Origin: Candidatus Methanoperedenaceae archaeon
GTDB lineage: Archaea > Halobacteriota > Methanosarcinia > Methanosarcinales > Methanoperedenaceae
DNA: 64,000 nucleotides
Assembly (NCBI GenBank): GCA_963753595.1
Contig: CAVWCX010000024.1
Coordinates: 64,001-128,000, forward strand
Direction of reading: 5' to 3'
Every line of letters starts with the position of its first letter. Position 1 is the stretch's first letter. Below the pieces are notes generated by a model. The model was given only the letters and a program-made list of their open reading frames with translations, was not told the origin of the DNA and did no database searches. Of this stretch, positions 56,865-64,000 are shown in pieces. The translations under genes and the position numbers were made by a program.

Positions 56865-58142
56865 ATGAGAATTGCTCCAAAAATCGTAATATTTTTTTTA
56901 ATAATTCTTCTAACTGCATATTCCGTGTCGGGTGCAGTGTCTAATTTGACAGTAATACCCGAAAATCCATTTGTCGGTGATGAATTGATTATGAAAGGAA
57001 AAGCCGATCCTGGTGATTTGTATCCTTCAATTACTTTCACAAAACAAATAGTTCACACATCAGATAAACGATTTTTCTTTCAAATCAATAACATTTATAT
57101 CCCACCTGAAAATGATGGTTTTTCTATCACTGCAATTGGAGTTGATGATCTTAACCTGAGTATTACATGTATTGTATTAAATATTGAGACAAAGTGCAAA
57201 GAAATATCAAAGAAAGCAGTAAATAATGTAGTCAAGATCACACATGGCCATGTATATGCAATAAGATATTTTACTATTTCAATGAATGGTAATTCCAATA
57301 CCACATCTACCGTCAATCTGACAATAAAAGTAACATCTAAAATAACTGCTGACAGCAATGGATATTTTGAATCCAGATATTCCACTTCGCAACTTTCTCC
57401 TGGCACTTATATTATAAATATAGGTGGAAAAACACAGACGATATTCCTTTCAGATACCGTACCACCGAGTCCGGAAGGTGATGGTATTTCAGAAGCAACG
57501 GGTGGTGGTGGTGTTACATCATCAGAACCATCTGATAATATTAAAAAATCCGACGTTTCAATGATCGACCACATAGCAAACATTCCGGGTAAACACGTAT
57601 TTAAATCATCGGAACTAAATATTTATGAGATCATCAGTACAACAAGCGATGATGAAAAAAGCGTTAGTATGAAGGTTGAATTATTAAAAAGTCCCTCCAA
57701 ACTTGTAACGGCTACAGCACCCAGTATTATCTATAATAATCTTAATATATGGACAAGCACAAAAAAAATTATAAATGCAGTAATTAGATTTAAAGTGGAA
57801 AATTTCTGGATCACATCAAATAACCTTATGAATAACGAAGTAAAGTTATTAAGATGGGACGGCACTAAATGGGTAGGACTTGATACTGCTAAAATATCAG
57901 AGGATCCTGTATATTCTTATTTCGAAGCAGAGACAGATACTTTCTTGCCATTTGCAATTACGGGATTAAAGCCTGAACCCGATAAGGCACCTATCCCGGA
58001 AGTAACAAAAATGCCTCAAACTCCGACAATAGCCATCGAAAAGTCAATCGAGACTAGACCTCCAACAAATTGGGCGCTAATTATCGGTGTGTTTTTAGTG
58101 ATAGGGATAATAGTATTGTACTATTTAAAGAGAAAATCCTGA
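56865..58142 (+). CDS. PGF-pre-PGF domain surface protein
   Basis: Signal peptide, GGGG linker, MKVELLK, IY..LNIW, A.I.FKV...W, L.RWDG.KW..L, FEAET..F.PFAITG; C-terminal TM plus basic tail. Confidence 0.8.
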   Translation: MRIAPKIVIFFLIILLTAYSVSGAVSNLTVIPENPFVGDELIMKGKADPGDLYPSITFTKQIVHTSDKRFFFQINNIYIPPENDGFSITAIGVDDLNLSITCIVLNIETKCKEISKKAVNNVVKITHGHVYAIRYFTISMNGNSNTTSTVNLTIKVTSKITADSNGYFESRYSTSQLSPGTYIINIGGKTQTIFLSDTVPPSPEGDGISEATGGGGVTSSEPSDNIKKSDVSMIDHIANIPGKHVFKSSELNIYEIISTTSDDEKSVSMKVELLKSPSKLVTATAPSIIYNNLNIWTSTKKIINAVIRFKVENFWITSNNLMNNEVKLLRWDGTKWVGLDTAKISEDPVYSYFEAETDTFLPFAITGLKPEPDKAPIPEVTKMPQTPTIAIEKSIETRPPTNWALIIGVFLVIGIIVLYYLKRKS

Positions 58143-58345
58143 TAATAGGATTTTGTCTTTTTTGTAAAAAAATCATGATTTCCTAAATGGGATATTAAAT
58201 TTAATCAATTGTGATTATCATAATTATAATCACTACAACAGAATATTTCGAAAGATTTAAATATAACATATATTAATAATCAAAATATTGGTGGTATTTC
58301 AAAAAATTAATCATTTTTTGGAAATATTTGCAGCCCAAAAGAGGG

Positions 58346-59875
58346 ATGAATATAGTGGATAGACAAAATACGAACAATAATAAAGCAATAACAGCTGTTT
58401 TTCATACTTTTAATAAAGAAGCTACTATTGGTAGTATAATTCTTAAAGCTCGCCAGTATGCAGACCGCATCATCGTTGTCGACAACGGCAGCAGTGACCG
58501 CACGCTACAGATCGCAGAGTTTGCTGGCGCAGAGGTTATAACTCATCCAGTGAATTCTGGCAAGGGAGCGCTAAAGATAGGTCTTGAACTTGCCAGGCAG
58601 AATGGGGCAAACATCGTTGTAATGATGGATGCAGATATGGAACCTGACGGAATACCAGGAATGATCAAACCTATCAGGACTGATGGATATGATTTTGTTG
58701 TGAGTTCAAAAGACAAAACCAATAATTTCTATTCACGGCAAAATGCCCTTTTGTTAAATAAAAGAGAAACTGACAAAAAAGGATGCCTTGCCTTTTCGAT
58801 CGATTGTTTAAGATGTATTGACCTTAGCGATCTCAATGGGTCAGAAGTAAAAAATATCATAAACCAGGTTGGAAAAAACAATCATAAAATAAAATATATT
58901 GAACATGAAGATAAATCCAATTCCAATAGATTCAAAGGTTACAATATCGGGGTGGTCGTACCCGCATACAATGAAGAAATGCTGATAGAGGAGACGCTTA
59001 AAGGCATTCCGGATTATGTAAAAAGGATATATGTGATTGATGACTGCAGCAAGGACAGGACTCCTGATATCCTGAAGGGCATGACTGACCCCAGGATCGT
59101 GGCTTTCCGGCATGAAAAAAATAAAGGTGTTGGTGCGGCGATCGTTACAGGCTATAAGCTTGCGCTTGAAGAAGAAATGGATATTATTGCAGTGATGGCC
59201 GGAGATAACCAGATGGATCCGGATCAGCTTCCAGGTCTTCTTATCCCGATAATTGAAGGAAGGGCAGATTATACAAAAGGGAACAGGTTGATCAGCAAGG
59301 ATTTCCGTCAGGGAATGAGCAAATGGAGATTCCTGGGGAATGCAATACTTACGATGATCACAAAGATAGGCAGCGGCTACTGGCACATAATGGATCCTCA
59401 GAATGGATACACAGCAATATCCAGGCAGGCACTTGAAGTGTTGAATGTGGATGAAATTTTCCCGTATTATGGATATTGCAATGATATGCTCATAAAATTG
59501 AATGCCTATGGGATAAGGGTTGAAGATGTGGTGATGCCAGCTCGATATGGAAGAGAGAAATCCAAGATCAAATATAGCAGTTATATCATGAAAGTCGCCC
59601 CGATGAATTTCAGGGGATTTTTATGGCGATTGAAAACAAAGTATGTTGTGCTTGATTTCCACCCTCTGGTATTTTTTTATCTTGCAAGCATGGCGCTTAT
59701 ACCCGCAGGAGTGCTTTTTAGCATGTGGATATTTATCCAGAAATGGTTTCATCTCCAGGTATCACAAAACTTTCCTCTGCTTGCGGCTTTTATAACGCTT
59801 ATGGGAATCCAGTTACTGTTATTTGCAATGCTTTTTGACATGCAGGCAGATAAGAGCAGGAGTGGAAATGTCTGA
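58346..59875 (+). CDS. Tandem GT2 glycosyltransferase
   Basis: First domain IIVVDNGSSD...MDAD; second VVPAYNEE, IDDCSKD, MAGDNQ, DPQNGYTAIS; C-terminal TMs. Confidence 0.9.
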   Translation: MNIVDRQNTNNNKAITAVFHTFNKEATIGSIILKARQYADRIIVVDNGSSDRTLQIAEFAGAEVITHPVNSGKGALKIGLELARQNGANIVVMMDADMEPDGIPGMIKPIRTDGYDFVVSSKDKTNNFYSRQNALLLNKRETDKKGCLAFSIDCLRCIDLSDLNGSEVKNIINQVGKNNHKIKYIEHEDKSNSNRFKGYNIGVVVPAYNEEMLIEETLKGIPDYVKRIYVIDDCSKDRTPDILKGMTDPRIVAFRHEKNKGVGAAIVTGYKLALEEEMDIIAVMAGDNQMDPDQLPGLLIPIIEGRADYTKGNRLISKDFRQGMSKWRFLGNAILTMITKIGSGYWHIMDPQNGYTAISRQALEVLNVDEIFPYYGYCNDMLIKLNAYGIRVEDVVMPARYGREKSKIKYSSYIMKVAPMNFRGFLWRLKTKYVVLDFHPLVFFYLASMALIPAGVLFSMWIFIQKWFHLQVSQNFPLLAAFITLMGIQLLLFAMLFDMQADKSRSGNV

Positions 59876-59878
59876 AAG

Positions 59879-60388
59879 TTATTTGTTCCTTCGATAAATG
59901 GAAGCTGCAATGAAAACCAGGGTAATAAATCCGATCACATCGGAGATGAAATCAATAGAGAAAACAGGAGTAAAAGAATTTTGAATTATATTCAGGAAAT
60001 AATCCACCCAATACTCCCCTGGTATGCCATGCGGGAACGCAAATCCAAATATAGGCCAGAATAGGGTTTCAGGCGCTGACCACATGCGATCTTCAATAAT
60101 GTGAAGAAAAACGGCGCCGGATATGAAGAATATGTGCGCATCTTTGCTGCGCCTGTAAAGATAAAACCCAACAAGAAAGAGGAGGAAATTAAAAATTATT
60201 GTATGGGCAAAGAGGCGCCCGTTAGCAAGAGAATCAGCAAAAAGGACTCTGCCAATAAGCTTATCGATAATATCGGGCAAAATAGCCCCAAGTCCCACAT
60301 ACCAGTATCGAATGTGAATATCAGGTCGAAGATATCCGAGAATGAAAAATATCCCGATCGTAATTCCGATATGTCCTAAAAGAAACAT
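59879..60388 (-). CDS. Membrane metal-dependent hydrolase (YdjM-like)
   Basis: GHIG, GAILPDIIDK, FAHT, HIIED, LFWP. Confidence 0.82.
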   Translation of the reverse strand: MFLLGHIGITIGIFFILGYLRPDIHIRYWYVGLGAILPDIIDKLIGRVLFADSLANGRLFAHTIIFNFLLFLVGFYLYRRSKDAHIFFISGAVFLHIIEDRMWSAPETLFWPIFGFAFPHGIPGEYWVDYFLNIIQNSFTPVFSIDFISDVIGFITLVFIAASIYRRNK

Positions 60389-60474
60389 GATTATCCAGAC
60401 AGGTTTTATGACTTCAAAAACATTTTCCTTGAATGTGACATATGGGTTATACTTTGCGCGGGGTCAGGGGGTAG

Positions 60475-60690
60475 AGAAAGAAGCAAGCAGAGCTTAATCG
60501 GCTTAGAAAATCATTTGATATATTCCCGTGGGGAAAACCTGAATGGATCAACAAATACGATCAAATGCTTGATTTAACAGCTACAAAAACAGAATATCAA
60601 AAAGAAGTATATGGTCAAGTGCTTCAAGATGTTTTAAAAAGAGGCACAGCGCTACCCCAAACTGATACTGAACACATAAGCCAGGTATAA
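60475..60690 (+). pseudogene. tnpB: Fragment resembling the IS200/IS605 TnpB N-terminal region
   Basis: No start codon; RKKQAELNRL...WINKYDQMLDLTATKTEYQKEVYGQVLQDVLKR resembles the TnpB Y..Q...L...K.....V.SQVLQ..L.R segment. Confidence 0.6.
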
Positions 60691-60871
60691 AGACTTATAT
60701 CTCATATTCGCTTAACCTTTCAATTAAATTTTTTCAAATACTAATCCAAAGAGGTTAAACCCCATCATTTGACCGGATTAACAGGATGGACAGGATCGGA
60801 ATTTATCAATAGTTTGGGGATACCTCCTGCCAATAGTCCGGCGCGCTCGAATTGTGACGTGTACATATATA

Positions 60872-61213
60872 TTAATAGAACAATTCCAAAAGCTGTTTTT
60901 TTATGTCGTTGATTTTTTCTTCTTTTAATCGTGCAACAACGTTTATAATAATACTTTTTTCGACTGCATATATGGAATCGACTTTTACATAACTTGGTTC
61001 AATATCGATAGTCCCTTCTGCCAGGTCATCTCTTAGAATTTCTGACTCCCATACATTATCTCTGCTTCTGGATGTTACTCTCAATACAACTATGTCTATG
61101 GAGTGTTCATTATATTCCGAATTGCTGATTACCAGAGCAGGTCTAAACTTTGCCTCTTTTAAGTTGCTATAGGAAAAATCAACAAGTACAATGCTTCCCT
61201 GTTTTGGTGACAT
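60872..61213 (-). CDS. mazF: PemK/MazF toxin
   Basis: QGSIVLVDFSYSN...KFRPALVISN, RVTS, SYVKVDSI. Confidence 0.88.
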   Translation of the reverse strand: MSPKQGSIVLVDFSYSNLKEAKFRPALVISNSEYNEHSIDIVVLRVTSRSRDNVWESEILRDDLAEGTIDIEPSYVKVDSIYAVEKSIIINVVARLKEEKINDIKKQLLELFY

Positions 61214-61438
61214 TTAATCTTGTTTCAGGGTCAATCTTTTAGCTGTGTATTCTTTCCAAACCGTATCTTCATTTTCCCAATCGATTTTTTTGGGTAGTAT
61301 CTCTACTTTTTGAAGTATAACCTTCCCAGTGTTAATAGTAACGTCTAAATAATCACCAACGCTAATATTTAATTTCTCTCGAATAGACTTTGGAAGTGTT
61401 AATAGCCCTTTTGATGATACTTTAACCAATTCGCTCAT
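61214..61438 (-). CDS. mazE: AbrB/MazE antitoxin
   Basis: VKVSSKGLLTLPKSIREKLNISVGD. Confidence 0.88.
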   Translation of the reverse strand: MSELVKVSSKGLLTLPKSIREKLNISVGDYLDVTINTGKVILQKVEILPKKIDWENEDTVWKEYTAKRLTLKQD

Positions 61439-61750
61439 GTCTTAGATGTTAGAATTCTAAGATATTAAGCTTATCGGATGCACAACAACGTCGAAGGTGA
61501 CCCTTATATGAAAAGAGGTATTTACTACAAATGAAAAAAGGAACTGCAAATGAAGCTCCACATAGTAGAGCGGTGGGGCATATCATTAATTCGACCTGGA
61601 GTTTCTTGAGCCTGCCTTATCCAACACATAGTGGAGTTGGGGGTATACCGATAAAATAAACGCAAAAAGCTTGAATATAAAGGAAGAAGTTTCATGTGCC
61701 TCAATTACTAAGACAAGAAAGGGGAAGTCGTATAGATATATGGAACCTAA

Positions 61751-63718
61751 GTGAAAAATATGAGAAAACTACATCTTTTATTGTTTATATCATGTTTAAT
61801 CCTTCTCTTATATGGGATAATTACCTTCAATAACTCAGGTCAAAATTCTCCAGAGGTCTATATCTCAATTACAGAGCCAAATCTTGATACATTCAAATTT
61901 AATTGGAACGGCACGAACTACAGTTTTTACGACTCTTCTTTAGTATTGGCTATGAACTTCAACAATAATTCCGCAATTGGTGAAAATGCAACAAAGGTTG
62001 TTGATATCTCAAAATATGGGAATAATGGAACGATTAACGGCGCTACATGGACTTCGGATGGACGATTCGGAGGAGCTATGCAATTTGATGGAGTGGATGA
62101 TTATGTGGATGCCGGGAATGGAGCGAGTACGGATCTGGGTAATAATGATTTTACTATTGAAGCCTGGGTTAAATCTATTAATTCCACCAACGGCAGCGGA
62201 ATAGTTTCAAAAGGTTCCTGGGGCAATATTGGATTTTTTATTTCCTATGCCTATAATCCTGCAAATGATTTATATTTTGGAATTCGTGACTCGCAAGGAT
62301 ATAAATCTGCGCTTTTTTTTAAAAGCTCAACCTATAATTGGACTCACCTGGTTGGTATAAAGACAAATAATCATTTAGAGACCTGGGTAAATGGTGTTAA
62401 AATGAACGAATATAATGGTCGGATCGGGTCAATAAGTAATCCGGGGCTAAATCTAACGATCGGAAAAAGTTCCAATGGTTATTATTTTAATGGCTCAATC
62501 GATGAATTGCGGATCTGGAATCGTGCATTATCACCAGGTGAAATCAAAATGCATTACCAGTCAGAATTCCAGAAATACGATTCGACAGAATGGCGTTTCT
62601 ATGATAATATTTCATGGTCGCCCTGCGGCATGGATAAATTTGGGAGTGATGCAAATCCAACAGGAGATCCAATTGGGGGTGGCGAGGGATATTCCAGGAT
62701 CATCAGCGCATCTTCCGCAAAATACATAGTAAACAACAAGAGCGAACTACTTTCGGCATTATCAGCTGCTGTGGAGGGAGATGTGATTTATGTGGATGAC
62801 AATGCTAAAATAAATCTTACTTTTGAACATGATATTATGATCCCTGCTGGTGTTACTTTAGCGAGCGGTCGCGGTAGAGCAGGTTCAAAAGGTGCATTAT
62901 TATATACAGATGAACTAATAAATATCACTGGTTTAGTTCAGATGTTTATTACTGGTGGCAATGGTGTCCGTATAACTGGAATTCGTTTACGAGGGCCAGA
63001 TAATCAGACAAGAAATAGTGCATATGAATTTGCAAATTCTCGCGGTATATATTCGGTGCATGATGTTGAGGTTGATAATTCCGAATTATCAGGCTGGAGC
63101 CACTGTGCGGTGTGTTTGTATTATACTCCCAGATCAGTCACTCCATATATCCATCATAATTTTATTCATCACAACCGCAGATCAGGGCTAGGTTATGGTA
63201 TCGTACATGCCTTTGGTGGAAATTCAATTATAGAAGCAAATATATTTGATTGGAACCGTCACAGTATAGCAGGAGACGGAACAATAAATACGAGTTATAT
63301 TGCACGTTATAATCTTGTGCTTGGAAATGGGAATGGCCATAGCTTTGATATGCATGGGGGGGCTGACCGAAAAGATGGGACCAATATTGCAGGAGAAACT
63401 ATAAACATATATCGTAATACATTTTATAATGTTTTTAATATAAATTATTCGTATCCTGCCGTTGTTATAAGAGGGATTCCCACAAACGGTTCATGGATCC
63501 ATGATAATTACCTTTATTACGATTCCCAGGAATATGCTATACGACAGTCAAACGCGTTTGGAAACATGAATGTTTATCGGAACTGTTATAATAGGTATCT
63601 GGATAATATTGAAAGTGGCTCCTTCACATATTATGCCCTGACGAGTGACTTTTTGGGAAATTCAAATAGTTCTGAAATTAGAACGATCACGATAAAAAGC
63701 AAAAATTTGCCGCCATAA
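61751..63718 (+). CDS. Secreted/membrane-anchored LamG-jellyroll plus right-handed beta-helix protein
   Basis: N-terminal TM; LamG (FDGVDDYV, FTIEAWV, WTHLVG, FNGSIDELRIWNRALS); beta-helix (VRITGIRLRG, IHHNFIHHN, IEANIF). Confidence 0.8.
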   Translation: MKNMRKLHLLLFISCLILLLYGIITFNNSGQNSPEVYISITEPNLDTFKFNWNGTNYSFYDSSLVLAMNFNNNSAIGENATKVVDISKYGNNGTINGATWTSDGRFGGAMQFDGVDDYVDAGNGASTDLGNNDFTIEAWVKSINSTNGSGIVSKGSWGNIGFFISYAYNPANDLYFGIRDSQGYKSALFFKSSTYNWTHLVGIKTNNHLETWVNGVKMNEYNGRIGSISNPGLNLTIGKSSNGYYFNGSIDELRIWNRALSPGEIKMHYQSEFQKYDSTEWRFYDNISWSPCGMDKFGSDANPTGDPIGGGEGYSRIISASSAKYIVNNKSELLSALSAAVEGDVIYVDDNAKINLTFEHDIMIPAGVTLASGRGRAGSKGALLYTDELINITGLVQMFITGGNGVRITGIRLRGPDNQTRNSAYEFANSRGIYSVHDVEVDNSELSGWSHCAVCLYYTPRSVTPYIHHNFIHHNRRSGLGYGIVHAFGGNSIIEANIFDWNRHSIAGDGTINTSYIARYNLVLGNGNGHSFDMHGGADRKDGTNIAGETINIYRNTFYNVFNINYSYPAVVIRGIPTNGSWIHDNYLYYDSQEYAIRQSNAFGNMNVYRNCYNRYLDNIESGSFTYYALTSDFLGNSNSSEIRTITIKSKNLPP

Positions 63719-64000
63719 ATCCATCAAAACTTTCTGCGCTATATTGACACTGAACTAAAACGAACTGCGACAAATTCTTTGAAACCCTGATAGGTCCATC
63801 TTAAATTATATTTTTTAAAAGTCTAGGTGCCTCTGCGATCCACAAAACCCCTAGAACACCAAAAAGCCATCCTGTGAATTTTTTATGCATCACCGAAAGG
63901 ATTAAATTAATGACAGATATCTAAAACGAACAAGATATTGAAAAACAATGGTGGTATTAAAAATCATTGGACACCTGTAACAATGTATCTGGTGAACTAT

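Noticed and set aside
61550-61645. Two CACATAGT.GAG-containing GC hairpin-like stretches, possibly IS605 ends
   Set aside because: Stems are too imperfect and short to support a call.
11-62729. Numerous 60-170 aa antisense or alternate-frame ORFs in the track
   Set aside because: They overlap well-supported genes and have no recognisable motifs.
1-64000. CRISPR array, rRNA or tRNA genes
   Set aside because: No regularly spaced repeat-spacer series and no cloverleaf or rRNA-like segment seen; the periodic palindromes lack unique spacers.

Overview
Archaeal chromosomal window, most likely from a Methanosarcinales member resembling Ca. Methanoperedens. This is inferred from methanogenesis marker 8, the HMG-CoA synthase/thiolase/DUF35 triad, MEDS and PGF-CTERM/PGF-pre-PGF proteins and CXXCH cytochromes. 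From left to right it holds: a PAS/Cache/MEDS two-component cluster; a rearranged cbb3-type (C-family) heme-copper oxidase operon (CcoN-CcoO-diheme fusion, ccoS, separate CcoP N-terminal anchor); two gcvH-like genes; two near-identical IS4-family copies and a cognate MITE, all with 10-bp target duplications; a ~15 kb defence island (AbiE split by an ISAzo13, RelE-type TA, type I RM with a HEAT-nitrilase passenger, MNT-HEPN, dead vapBC); transporter clusters; core genes (marker 8, leuC/aksD-like, mevalonate triad); and surface/glycosylation genes. Non-coding structure is rich. A family of ~9-bp-periodic palindromes with several different cores recurs, and duplicated gene-end fragments (hsdS 3' end x3, uvrD-like 5' end x2) bracket cargo genes like cassettes. 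No rRNA, tRNA or CRISPR array was seen. All family calls come from reading motifs by eye; no database searches were run.
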